A DNA stretch of 64,000 nt from Rhodospirillales bacterium (GTDB lineage: Bacteria > Pseudomonadota > Alphaproteobacteria > Rhodospirillales > Defluviicoccaceae): positions 5,317 through 69,316 of the forward strand of contig JALOTH010000003.1 of assembly GCA_025458035.1 (NCBI GenBank). The letters run 5' to 3'. Shown here in pieces: positions 9,903 to 18,552 of this stretch (position 1 is its first letter; each line of letters opens with the position of its first letter). The notes below the pieces were generated by a model. That model worked only from the letters and a program-made list of their open reading frames with translations. It was not told the DNA's origin and did not search any database. The translations under genes were made by a program, and so were the position numbers.

Positions 9903-11708
9903 TCAGCGGCCCTCGTCGACACGCAGGGCGGCGATGAAGGCCGACTGCGGGATCTCCACCTTGCCGAACTGGCGCATCCGCTTCTTGCCTTCCTTCTGTT
10001 TTTCCAGAAGCTTGCGCTTGCGGGTGATGTCGCCGCCGTAGCACTTCGCGGTGACGTCCTTGCGCAGGGCGCTGATCGTCTCGCGCGCCACCACCTGCCC
10101 GCCGATCGCCGCCTGCAACGGGATCTTGAACAGCTGGCGCGGGATCAGGTCCTTCAGCCGGTTGCAGATGGCACGGCCACGGCTTTCGGCGCGGCTGCGG
10201 TCGCACATGAAGGAAAACGCGTCCACCGGCTCGCCGTTGATCAGGATCCCCACTTTCACCAGGTCGCCGGGGCGGAAGCCGGCCAACTCGTAATCGAAGC
10301 TGGCGTAGCCGCGCGAGACCGACTTCAGGCGGTCGTGGAAGTCGAAAATCACCTCGTTCAGCGGCAGCTGGTAGACCAGCATCGCCCGGTTGCCCGAATA
10401 GGTGAGTTCCTGCTGCTCGCCGCGCCGTTCCGTGCACAGTTGCAGCACGGCGCCCACATGCTCGTCGGGAACAAAGATGGTGGCCCGGATCCACGGCTCT
10501 TCGATGCGGGCGATCTTCACCACGTCCGGCATGTCGGCCGGATTGTGCAGCTCGACGACGCTGCCGTCGGTCATGTGCAGCCGGTAGACGACGGACGGCG
10601 CCGTCGCGATCAGGTCGAGGTTGAATTCCCGTTCCAGCCGCTCCTGGATCACCTCGAGGTGGAGGAGGCCGAGAAAGCCGCAGCGGAAGCCCGAGCCGAG
10701 CGCGGCGGAGCTTTCCGGCTCGAAATGGAAGCTGGAATCGTTGAGGCGCAGTTTCGCCAGCGATTCCCGCAGGTCCTCGAAGTCGGCGGCATCGGACGGA
10801 AACAGGCCGCAGAAGACCACCGGCTGCGTCGGCTTGAAACCGGGCAGCGGCACCGCCGCCGGCCGCTTTTCGTCGGTGATGGTATCGCCGACGTTGGTAT
10901 CGGCGACGGTCTTGATGCCGGCGATGATGTAGCCGATCTCGCCGGGACCGAGGCCCTCGACCCGTTCCAGCTTCGGGCGAAAGACGCCCACCTGCTCCAC
11001 CGTATGCACGGTGCCGGCGGCCATCATCCGCACCTTCTGTCCCGGCTTGAGCCGGCCGTCGCGCACCCGCACGAGGATGATGACGCCGAGGTAGGGGTCA
11101 TACCAGCTGTCGACGAGCAGCGCCTTTAAGGGGGCGTGCGGATCGCCCTGCGGTGCCGGCAAGCGGGTGACGAGCGCTTCCAGCAGCGCATCGATGCCGA
11201 CGCCGGTTTTCGCCGAGATCGCCACGGCGTGGGTCGCATCGAGGCCAACCACGTCCTCGATCAGCCGCGCCACCCGCTCCGGCTCCGCCGCCGGCAGGTC
11301 GATCTTGTTGAGCACGGGGATGATCTCATGGCCGTTCTCGATGGCGAGGTAGGCGTTGGCGAGCGTCTGCGCCTCGACCCCTTGCGTCGCATCGACGACG
11401 AGCAGCGAGCCTTCGCAGGCGGCGAGCGAGCGGCTGACTTCGTAGGTGAAATCGACGTGGCCGGGGGTATCGAGCAGATTGAGCACGTAGGCGGCGCCGT
11501 CCGCGCCGCGATAGTCGAGACGGACGGTCTGCGCCTTGATGGTGATGCCGCGCTCGCGCTCGATATCCATGGAATCGAGCACCTGCGCCCGCATCTCCCG
11601 TTCGGTGAGCGCGCCGCAGCGCTCGATCAGGCGGTCGGCGAGCGTCGACTTGCCGTGGTCGATGTGGGCAATGATGGCGAAGTTGCGGACGCGGCTCTGC
11701 TCGGTCAT
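9903..11708 (-). CDS. lepA: elongation factor 4
   Basis: 601 aa. [20 protein letters not shown]1 motif, [13 protein letters not shown], and the LepA-specific C-terminal domain. Confidence 0.97.
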   Translation of the reverse strand: MTEQSRVRNFAIIAHIDHGKSTLADRLIERCGALTEREMRAQVLDSMDIERERGITIKAQTVRLDYRGADGAAYVLNLLDTPGHVDFTYEVSRSLAACEGSLLVVDATQGVEAQTLANAYLAIENGHEIIPVLNKIDLPAAEPERVARLIEDVVGLDATHAVAISAKTGVGIDALLEALVTRLPAPQGDPHAPLKALLVDSWYDPYLGVIILVRVRDGRLKPGQKVRMMAAGTVHTVEQVGVFRPKLERVEGLGPGEIGYIIAGIKTVADTNVGDTITDEKRPAAVPLPGFKPTQPVVFCGLFPSDAADFEDLRESLAKLRLNDSSFHFEPESSAALGSGFRCGFLGLLHLEVIQERLEREFNLDLIATAPSVVYRLHMTDGSVVELHNPADMPDVVKIARIEEPWIRATIFVPDEHVGAVLQLCTERRGEQQELTYSGNRAMLVYQLPLNEVIFDFHDRLKSVSRGYASFDYELAGFRPGDLVKVGILINGEPVDAFSFMCDRSRAESRGRAICNRLKDLIPRQLFKIPLQAAIGGQVVARETISALRKDVTAKCYGGDITRKRKLLEKQKEGKKRMRQFGKVEIPQSAFIAALRVDEGR

Positions 11709-11770
11709 CGCCGGGCTTCTACCATTGCCACCGCCGTAACGCTACGGGCGCGTGCGCGGCCATCTCTCCG

Positions 11771-11855
11771 GTCACTGCGAGGAGCGCAGCGACGACGCAA
11801 TCCGGGAGGTAGAGGAAGGCCGGGATGGCGTCGTCGCTCCGCTCCTCGCCATGAC
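11771..11855. repeat. REP-like extragenic palindromic element (28-nt arms, 25/28 complementary, 29-nt loop)
   Basis: gtcactgcgaggagcgcagcgacgacgc (11771-11798) pairs with gcgtcgtcgctccgctcctcgccatgac (11828-11855). The GTCAYTGCGAG termini resemble the hairpin repeats common in alphaproteobacterial intergenic DNA. Confidence 0.6.
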
Positions 11856-12129
11856 GAACAGGGGTCGGCCACAATGGCCGCGCGCAATCGGTTTCGGGGC
11901 CGCCGCCGGGACTGACAGCGCCGCGGTGCCGCTGGTTAAGCCAGACTACGCAGGGCGTGGCGCCGCCTTCGGCAGCACGACGCCCAGACCATCCTATCGA
12001 ATGGGGTGACGTGACGGCAACGCGGAAGTGTCACCGGCCCCGCGCGACCCGGCAGGGCCGCCCTTGACGGCGCGCGGCGGCTCAGCGTACGTTTCCGAGA
12101 GTAAGAATAGGCAATGTAAGAAATACCGC

Positions 12130-12363
12130 ATGCGAATTACATCCAAGGGTCAGGTGACGATCCCGGCGGACATCCGCGCCAAAGCGGGGCTGCTGCCGCA
12201 TACCGAGGTCGAATTCGACTATGACGGCGAGGTGGTGCGCATTGTTCGCGCCGCGGCAGAGGGCCGCAGCGGCCGCGGCCGGCGCCTCGTTGACCGACTG
12301 CGCGGCAGCGCGACGGTCCGCATGTCCACCGACGAGATCATGGCGCTGACCCGCGGCGAATGA
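12130..12363 (+). CDS. vapB: AbrB/MazE/SpoVT-family antitoxin (VapB-type)
   Basis: MRITSKGQVTIPADIRAKAGL is the canonical SpoVT-AbrB swapped-hairpin motif. The stop overlaps the PIN gene start (ATGA). Confidence 0.85.
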   Translation: MRITSKGQVTIPADIRAKAGLLPHTEVEFDYDGEVVRIVRAAAEGRSGRGRRLVDRLRGSATVRMSTDEIMALTRGE

Positions 12364-12764
12364 CCGCCATCCTGGTCGACAGCAATGTCATCCTCGATGT
12401 TGCGACGGCTGATCCGGTCTGGGCGGGCTGGTCGGCAGAGGCACTGGCAGATGCCGCCGAGGCCAGCATTCTCGTCATCAACCCGCTGATCTATGCGGAG
12501 GTTTCCATCGGCTACAAGCGCATTGAAGACCTCGAAGCGGCGCTTGCCGGCAGCTTCCGGCGCGATCCGCTGCCGTGGGAGGCGGCGTTTCTTGCCGGCA
12601 AGTGTTTCCTCGCGTACCGCCGGCGCGGCGGCGACAAACGCGCGCCGCTCCCCGACTTCTACATTGGTGCGCACGCCGCGATCGCCGGATTCCGCCTGCT
12701 CACCCGCGATTCCTCCCGGTACCGGACGGACTTCCCAGGCGTCGATCTGATTTGCCCGCGCTGA
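12360..12764 (+). CDS. vapC: PIN-domain ribonuclease toxin (VapC-type)
   Basis: 134 aa. N-terminal ILVDSNVILD acidic motif and C-terminal DFYIGAHA..LLTRD, typical of PIN toxins. 4-nt overlap with the antitoxin gene. Confidence 0.85.
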   Translation: MTAILVDSNVILDVATADPVWAGWSAEALADAAEASILVINPLIYAEVSIGYKRIEDLEAALAGSFRRDPLPWEAAFLAGKCFLAYRRRGGDKRAPLPDFYIGAHAAIAGFRLLTRDSSRYRTDFPGVDLICPR

Positions 12765-12860
12765 CCGCGTGCCCCGCCGGCGACAACGGCTGCGGCCGGC
12801 TTGACGGCGGCAGCGCCCTGCCGGCAACATTCCCGCGGCAACGCAAGGGAGGCAGCGGCC

Positions 12861-13163
12861 ATGCACGTGACCCTGGTCCAGGTTAAGGTCAAGCCCGAGT
12901 GCGTCGCGGCGTTCATCGAGGCGACCCGGCGCAATCACGAAGGCTCGGTCCGGGAGCCCGGCAATCGGCGCTTCGACGTGTTGCAGGACGCCGCCGATGC
13001 CACCTCGTTCATCCTTTACGAAGCCTACGCCTCGGCCGATGACGCCGCCCGCCACAAGGAGACGGCGCACTATCTCGCCTGGCGCGACGCCGTCGCCGGG
13101 ATGATGGCGGAACCGCGGCGCGGCCTGCCCTACGTCGGACTGCTGCCGGCGGACCCGCGCTGA
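12861..13163 (+). CDS. antibiotic-biosynthesis-monooxygenase (ABM/Dabb fold) protein
   Basis: ATG 12861 after AAGGGAGG. MHVTLVQVKVKPECVAAFIEATRRNHEGSVREPGNRRFDVLQD...YEAY...HKETAHY matches the ABM domain pattern. Confidence 0.75.
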   Translation: MHVTLVQVKVKPECVAAFIEATRRNHEGSVREPGNRRFDVLQDAADATSFILYEAYASADDAARHKETAHYLAWRDAVAGMMAEPRRGLPYVGLLPADPR

Positions 13164-14356
13164 TGGCGGCGCTGCCGGCGTTCACCATCGCCCGCCTGCC
13201 GCGCATCGTTTTCGGCGCTGGCACCATCCGCCAGTTGCCGGCGGAGGCGCGCGCCTTCGCCCGGCACGCCCTCATCGTCACCGGCAAGCGCTCGTTCCTC
13301 GCCGGTCCGGCGTGGCCGCCGCTGAAGGATGGCCTGCACGAGGCGGGCGTGCGCTGCGAGACCCTCAGCGTCGCCGGCGAGCCGTCACCGGAGCTGGTCG
13401 ACGCCGCCGTCGGCCGCTTCGGCGGCGCCGACATCGGCGTTGTCATCGGCATCGGCGGCGGCAGCGCCCTCGACGCGGCGAAGGCGATCGCCGGCCTGCT
13501 GCGCGTTCGCCGCCCGGTCGCCGACTACCTGGAAGGGGTGGGGCCGGAGCGCCCCTATGAGGGTCCGGCGGTGCCGATGATCGCGGTGCCGACGACGGCG
13601 GGCACGGGCAGCGAGGCGACGAAGAATGCGGTGCTGTCACGACCGGGACCGCGGGCGTTCAAGAAATCGTTCCGCCACGAGGACCTGGTGCCGCGCCTCG
13701 CCATCGTCGATCCGGAGCTGCTGGCCACCTGTCCGCCGGCGGTGATCGCCGCCAATGGCATGGACGCGTTCACGCAGCTGCTGGAATCCTATACCTCGAT
13801 CAAGGCCAACCCGCTGACCGACGCGCTCGCCCTTTCCGGCATGGAGGCGTTTCGCGATGGCGTCTTCGCCGCCTACGATGATGGCGAGGACGCCGCCGCC
13901 GGGCGTTCGCGGCTGGCCTATGCGGCGCTGCTTTCGGGGATCTGCCTGGCGCAGACCGGCCTTGGCGCCGTGCACGGCCTCGCCTCGCCCCTCGGCGCCC
14001 ATTTCCCGGTGCCCCATGGCGTGTGCTGTGGCACGCTGGTCGCGGCGGCGACGGCGGCGAACATCGCCGCGCTGACGGCACGGGCGCCGGACAGCGATGC
14101 TCTCGCTCGCTACGCCCGGGTCGGCCGCCTGCTTGGCGCCGCCAACGATGCCACCGCCGACGGCGCGCGATCCCACCTCGAGCAGACGCTGGCGGCATGG
14201 ACGCGCCGGCTCGACCTGCCTCGCCTCGGCGCTTTCGGCATCACCAGAGGGGATGTGGGCCCTATCGTCGCGGAAAGCCGCGGCAGCTCGATGCGGACGA
14301 ACCCGATCGTGCTGAGCGACGACGAAATCGCCGCAATCGTCGCGGACCGGCTTTAA
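13163..14356 (+). CDS. iron-containing (group III) alcohol dehydrogenase
   Basis: 397 aa. GIGGGSALDAAKA nucleotide-binding motif and HGLASPLGAHFPVPHGVCCG metal-binding His cluster. Overlaps the upstream stop (TGATG). Confidence 0.88.
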   Translation: MAALPAFTIARLPRIVFGAGTIRQLPAEARAFARHALIVTGKRSFLAGPAWPPLKDGLHEAGVRCETLSVAGEPSPELVDAAVGRFGGADIGVVIGIGGGSALDAAKAIAGLLRVRRPVADYLEGVGPERPYEGPAVPMIAVPTTAGTGSEATKNAVLSRPGPRAFKKSFRHEDLVPRLAIVDPELLATCPPAVIAANGMDAFTQLLESYTSIKANPLTDALALSGMEAFRDGVFAAYDDGEDAAAGRSRLAYAALLSGICLAQTGLGAVHGLASPLGAHFPVPHGVCCGTLVAAATAANIAALTARAPDSDALARYARVGRLLGAANDATADGARSHLEQTLAAWTRRLDLPRLGAFGITRGDVGPIVAESRGSSMRTNPIVLSDDEIAAIVADRL

Positions 14357-14375
14357 TGCGCCCCGTCAGCGCCCG

Positions 14376-14981
14376 TCAGCTGTACCAGTTGCGGACTTCG
14401 CCGACGTCGAGGTGGACGAAGCTGGACCGCCGGTAGCTGCCGACGCCGCCGCGCTGCATCGCCCAGGCGGCGCGGGCGATCGAGCGGTTGTCGACGCCCT
14501 GCATCGAGATGTCGATCGCCTTGCCGTACATGTGCATGCTGTTGCGGGCGACGCCGATGCCTTCCCGCCGCAGCCGGGCGTTGGTTTCCGGCGACCGATA
14601 GCCGGAATACACATCGAACGGCCGGTTGATTTCCAGCTTCACGCGCAGCGCGTAAAGCAAATCCAACAGCTCCCGATCGATCGGCTTGACGGCGTCATTG
14701 CGATGATCGCGCAAAAAATACGAAATCTCGTTCAAGGCGCCGCCGATATACCGGCCATTCTCATAGTAAACCAGATTGACCGATTCGTCGGTATGACGGT
14801 GGCGTAGAGAAATGGATCTGGATAGAACCGCTCGCGGTCTCGACCAGCCCAGAGGTGGATAGCCCCAACCAAGAACATCTTTCGCGTGAGCAGTGCCGGA
14901 CAGCAGGCCCAATAAACCTATGCTGGCAGCACCGACAACTGAGCGACGGGTTAGAGGTTGTATTTCGCCTTTCCCCTGCAC
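14376..14981 (-). CDS. DUF882 / peptidase M15A (YcbK-like) protein with twin-arginine signal
   Basis: GAGGAG RBS 9 nt before GTG 14981. The N-terminus has a Tat-like signal (PLTRRSVVGAASIGLLGLLSGTAHA). The C-terminal part carries YSGYRSPETN...HMYGKAIDI...FVHLD. A longer start at ATG 15110 is possible. Confidence 0.8.
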   Translation of the reverse strand: MQGKGEIQPLTRRSVVGAASIGLLGLLSGTAHAKDVLGWGYPPLGWSRPRAVLSRSISLRHRHTDESVNLVYYENGRYIGGALNEISYFLRDHRNDAVKPIDRELLDLLYALRVKLEINRPFDVYSGYRSPETNARLRREGIGVARNSMHMYGKAIDISMQGVDNRSIARAAWAMQRGGVGSYRRSSFVHLDVGEVRNWYS

Positions 14982-15111
14982 GATCGCTTGCTCCTCTCGT
15001 TTGTTTCGACCGATGGTTTGCGAAGCGCGAGGGTTTTTTTGCCCGCTGAAACCGGGTCCGTCAAGCGGAAAGCCGCCCCGGCATCGCCGGGACTGTTGAT
15101 TCAGCGCCATG

Positions 15112-16827
15112 TTAGGCGCCGTTCTTGAATATGATTTGCAATAACTTGTTGTCACGCCCGTATAAATCCTCACGAAATTGCAATTCCCCGTCGGTACCGA
15201 GCCACGCCGTAAGGTACACAAGGTGTATCGGAACCGGCTGCGCCAGCGTCACCGTCCGCGTCTTGCCGCGCTCGATTACGGCATCGATTCGCGCCCGGTC
15301 CCAGCCCGGCGTTGCTTCGAGCAAGTTCTCGGCCAACTCCAGCGGCTTTTCGACGCGGATACAGCCGGAGCTGAACGCCCGCTGCGAACGGGCGAACAGC
15401 TCACGCTTCGGCGTGTCATGCAGGTAAACGGAAAAATCGTTCGGAAACATGAACTTCACGCGTCCCAGCGGGTTCTTGGGACCCGGCTCCTGACGCAGCC
15501 GGTACGGTGAACCACTGCCGCCGACGGCGTTCCAGTCGACGCTGTTCGGGTTGACGGCGTAGGCACCGTCGGTGCCGCGGGCGAGCACGGTGATCCCCTG
15601 CGCTTCCAGCATCGCCGGATTGCGGCGGATTTTTGGGAGCAGATCCTCGGCGAAGATGGTCTTCGGCACCGTCCACGTCGGGTTGAACTCGAGATAGGTG
15701 ATTTCGTCGCTGAACACCGGGGTGCGCCGGAACGGCTGTCCGACCACCACCCGCATGGTCTCGGGCGGTCGCCGGGTGTCGATCACCTGCAGCTCGAAGC
15801 CGGCCATGTTGACGAGGACATGGGGATCGCCAAGGTCCCGCGGCATCCAGCGCCAGCGTTCGCGGTTGACGACGATCTGGCGCACCCGGTCCGCCGGCGC
15901 GACGTTGAGGGCGGCGCGGGTCTGGCTGCCGATGACGCCGTCGGGTTCGAGGCCGTGGCGGGCCTGGAAGCGGCGCACCGCCTGCACCAGGGCGTCATCG
16001 TAGAGCTTCGATGCCGATGCCGGCCCGTGGTAATCGCCCCAGACGCTCAGCATTTTGCGAATGGCGGGAACGGTCTCGCGGCTTTCCCCGGGGCGGAGCG
16101 CCGGTCCGTCCGGCAGCCGCGGCCACGAGGTCACGTTCGCAGCCAGCCGGCGGGCCTCGGCGAGGGCGCGTTCGAGGCCGCGGTAGGTGGGATCCTGCGG
16201 TTCGAGGCGGGCGAGATGCGCCCGCAGCGTCGCCGCGTCGGCGGCACTGATCAGCGTCGCCGTCGCATCGAACGGCGGCGGGGTCAGCGCATACTCCGGG
16301 TCGACCGACGCGGGCGAGACCGCCCCCGACCGCAGGGTCCGCGCCAGCGTCAGCAGGGCGCCGGCATGGGCGAGTTCGAGGTCGGCGAGCTTCTCGGGAT
16401 CGCCCGGCGCCGCGCTGCGGCCGTTTTCGGGTGGCGCGGGCAGCGGCGATGGCAAGCGCAGGCTGGTCTCGGCATCGCGGATGATCGCCTTCAGATCGCG
16501 GGCGCGGTCGTTGGGTCCGTATTCGTCGACCCAAAGCGGCTGAAACTGGCGCGCGGCGTAGAAGGCGCGCAGCGGTTCGATGGAAAAGGAACCGCCGTCG
16601 ATGCGGATGCGCTCGCCGCCCGCCGGCAAGCGCCGTTGAAGCGCGGCGGCGATGAGCGGCGCGGCCGGCGGCTGCGCCGTCGCCATGGCTTCGGTTGCGG
16701 CGGCAGCCACCGGCGGGCAGGCGGCGCTGAGTGCCAACGGCACCAGGACGCCAGCGAGAAGCGTCAGCATCCGCCCCGTTCCTGGCCGCCACGTTCCTGG
16801 CCGCCACGTTCCTGGCCGCCCGTTCAT
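15112..16827 (-). CDS. L,D-transpeptidase (YcbB/LdtD-like; PG-binding + YkuD domains)
   Basis: PG_binding_1 motif AVRRFQARHGLEPDGVIGSQT. YkuD catalytic region FSVYLHDTP...SSGCIRV. ATG 16827 has a GGAGAA RBS. An alternative start at ATG 16770 begins directly with the signal peptide MLTLLAGVLVPLAL. Confidence 0.88.
   Translation of the reverse strand: MNGRPGTWRPGTWRPGTGRMLTLLAGVLVPLALSAACPPVAAAATEAMATAQPPAAPLIAAALQRRLPAGGERIRIDGGSFSIEPLRAFYAARQFQPLWVDEYGPNDRARDLKAIIRDAETSLRLPSPLPAPPENGRSAAPGDPEKLADLELAHAGALLTLARTLRSGAVSPASVDPEYALTPPPFDATATLISAADAATLRAHLARLEPQDPTYRGLERALAEARRLAANVTSWPRLPDGPALRPGESRETVPAIRKMLSVWGDYHGPASASKLYDDALVQAVRRFQARHGLEPDGVIGSQTRAALNVAPADRVRQIVVNRERWRWMPRDLGDPHVLVNMAGFELQVIDTRRPPETMRVVVGQPFRRTPVFSDEITYLEFNPTWTVPKTIFAEDLLPKIRRNPAMLEAQGITVLARGTDGAYAVNPNSVDWNAVGGSGSPYRLRQEPGPKNPLGRVKFMFPNDFSVYLHDTPKRELFARSQRAFSSGCIRVEKPLELAENLLEATPGWDRARIDAVIERGKTRTVTLAQPVPIHLVYLTAWLGTDGELQFREDLYGRDNKLLQIIFKNGA
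16777..16821. repeat. 15-bp tandem repeat x3 (cgttcctggccgcca)
   Basis: Three head-to-tail copies. On the minus strand they encode G-T-W-R-P pentapeptide repeats between the two candidate start codons of the L,D-transpeptidase gene. Confidence 0.85.
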
Positions 16828-17035
16828 CGCTGTTCTCCACCCTGACGGCGCCACCCCGGCAAGGCGGACCGCTGTCTTCCCGTGACGGCTTGCGTGCACG
16901 AGGACCACTGGTAACGACGCCCCGCTTTGGAGGTCAAGTGGCGCGTCATCGGGCGATGGCGCCGGCGGCGGCCGTCCGCATCGCCGCCAGCGGCGACGGC
17001 GGCGCGCGATGTGGATATTTTCACGCACACAGTCC

Positions 17036-17102
17036 TTGACATGGGATTTTGATAGGTATAAACGCCTATCAATACCCAATAACAAGGCAATGATCCTATC
17101 AA
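17036..17102 (+). promoter_or_regulatory. candidate sigma70-type promoter overlapped by a TTGATAGG-N8-CCTATCAA palindrome, plus a third CCTATCAA half-site
   Basis: TTGACA at 17036-17041. TATAAAC lies 15-17 nt downstream (17057-17063). Inverted repeat at 17049-17056 / 17065-17072. An additional CCTATCAA at 17095-17102 is 30 bp from the second half-site. All sit in an AT-rich patch of otherwise GC-rich DNA. Confidence 0.4.
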
Positions 17103-17404
17103 TCGCCGAACTGGAGCGCGCCACCCATGCCGATGCCGTTGTGCCGCAACCTTCTCGACACCCTCGTCACCCATCATGCCGGCCTCTTTATCGGCGACGG
17201 CTCGCTGGCTGCCGCGTTTTCGTGGCTCAGCCGGCTGTCAGCCATCCGGCCGTGGCCGTTGCCGTCGCTGGTGCAGGTCTTGGAAAGCGCCTTGGCCATC
17301 CCCGCAGACGGCAGCGTGCTCTTTTTTTGTCCCGGTATAGGAATATAGTCTGATTAAAGGTTAATAAGCTTAGAACGGTCCTAGCGCGAATCGGAGTTCC
17401 TGCC

Positions 17405-18031
17405 ATGATCGATGCCATCACCCTCGAAAACGCCCACCTGCTCGGCGGCGCCCTGCCGTCCGCCCACCGCCTGCGCTATCGCATCTTCGTAGAACGACAG
17501 AAATACGCTACGCCCCATGCCCGCGGCATGGAATGGGATCAGTTCGACACGCCGCTCTCGGTCTATCTCATCTGGCGCGACGAACATGGCGAGGCCCGCG
17601 GCGTCGTCCGCCTGCTGCCGACGACCCAGCCGTACATGATCAAGGAGCTATGGTCGCACGTGGTGCCGAACCATCGACTGCCGGCGGCGCCGGACATCTG
17701 GGAAATCACCCGATTCGGGGTCGACCGCCGCCTCGGCCCGCGCCGCCGACAGGTGTTTGGCGAACTCGTCGCCGCACTGTTCGAATACGGCCTCGACCAC
17801 GGCATCGCCGGCTACCTCTGCCTGACACCGCAGACGGTGATCGAAAATGCGCTGCTCGCCGCCGGCTGCGAGGTCGAGATCCTGTCCGCGCCCCGTGAGC
17901 TCGGCGGCATTCCGTCGATCGTCGCGCAGTTTCCGGTCAGCCCCGACAACGCCGAGCGGGTGCGCCGGTTTCACGGCGTCGGCCACGGCATCGTCCGCAT
18001 CCCGAGCGAACCGCAGGCGCTGGCGGCATGA
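17405..18031 (+). CDS. acyl-homoserine-lactone synthase (LuxI family)
   Basis: 208 aa. RLRYRIFVERQKY...W...DQFD...YLIW..., RLLPTTQPYM and WEITRFGV follow the conserved LuxI/autoinducer-synthase blocks. GGAG RBS upstream. Confidence 0.85.
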   Translation: MIDAITLENAHLLGGALPSAHRLRYRIFVERQKYATPHARGMEWDQFDTPLSVYLIWRDEHGEARGVVRLLPTTQPYMIKELWSHVVPNHRLPAAPDIWEITRFGVDRRLGPRRRQVFGELVAALFEYGLDHGIAGYLCLTPQTVIENALLAAGCEVEILSAPRELGGIPSIVAQFPVSPDNAERVRRFHGVGHGIVRIPSEPQALAA

Positions 18032-18038
18032 TGGACAC

Positions 18039-18060
18039 GCCGCGGCTGCGGCGCCGCGGC
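18039..18060. terminator. GC hairpin between convergent genes (possible bidirectional terminator)
   Basis: gccgcgg (18039-18045) and ccgcggc (18054-18060) form a 7-bp stem with an 8-nt loop. There is no U-tract. Confidence 0.3.
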
Positions 18061-18075
18061 GGCGGCGGAGCGGCT

Positions 18076-18552
18076 TCAGGCCTCGCCGGCGCCGTCCGCC
18101 ATCGCTGGCCGCGCCGCCCGCCCGCGGCACAGCCGGGCGAAGGCACCCGCCTTGGCGGCCCGCGCCCGCAGGCGGCGGATTTCGTCAAGGAGGCGGCGAT
18201 AGCCGTGCGCGTCGCCAGCGGCACGGGACACCCGCGCCTGCCCCAGCAGTTGCCAGGCGCGCTGGCGCCATTCCACCGCCTCGGCGGTCGACTGCTCGGC
18301 AACGGCGCACAACCGCCGGCCCCGGTCCACCCCATGGTCCACGCCATGGTCCACGCCATGGTCCACGCCATGGTCCACTTCATGGTCCACGGCCGAGGCC
18401 ATCGTCTGCATGCCCGCCGGCCGGCCGGTGCCGCGCCGGGCGCGCGTGCCGCGGGCCGCCGCCACCCCCGGACGCTGGCGGCGCTGCGATGCCGCCCCCC
18501 CTCGCGTCATCAACTCCGGAGTTCCGCTGACCGTGTGCGCTGGCATGGACAT
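18076..18552 (-). CDS. hypothetical protein (158 aa) with Arg-rich N-terminus, (V-D-H-G/E) repeats and a helical C-terminal domain
   Basis: AAGGGGA RBS 8 nt before ATG 18552. Codon position 1 is G-rich and position 3 is mostly G/C in this frame. The C-terminal 80 aa (LCAVAEQSTAEAVEWRQRAWQLLGQ...YRRLLDEIRRLRARAAKAG) look protein-like. The codon-aligned plus-strand ORF (18028-18582) is P/R/G-rich junk. I recognise no family. Confidence 0.5.
   Translation of the reverse strand: MSMPAHTVSGTPELMTRGGAASQRRQRPGVAAARGTRARRGTGRPAGMQTMASAVDHEVDHGVDHGVDHGVDHGVDRGRRLCAVAEQSTAEAVEWRQRAWQLLGQARVSRAAGDAHGYRRLLDEIRRLRARAAKAGAFARLCRGRAARPAMADGAGEA
18324..18390. repeat. 12-bp tandem repeat, about 5.5 copies (ggtccacNccat)
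   Basis: ggtccac recurs at exact 12-nt spacing six times. The repeat is in frame within the minus-strand ORF, giving VDHEVDHGVDHGVDHGVDHGVDRG. Confidence 0.9.

Noticed and set aside
14760-15200. Local drop in GC and atypical codons (ata, tta, cta, caa) across the 3' end of the L,D-transpeptidase gene, the spacer and the 5' end of the DUF882 gene
   Set aside because: It is confined to gene termini, the signal-peptide region and an intergenic spacer. There are no mobility genes or repeats at its borders, so the evidence for horizontal acquisition is insufficient.
17369-17384. CTTAGAACGGTCCTAG, a CT-N12-AG sequence just upstream of luxI that could be a lux box
   Set aside because: Only 10/16 positions are self-complementary. 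It ends 20 nt before the luxI ATG and abuts the RBS, too close to act as a -42.5 activator site.
18324-18390. Possible CRISPR array (regular short repeats)
   Set aside because: The repeats are contiguous 12-mers with no spacers, lie inside an ORF, and no cas genes are present. This is a tandem repeat, not a CRISPR array.
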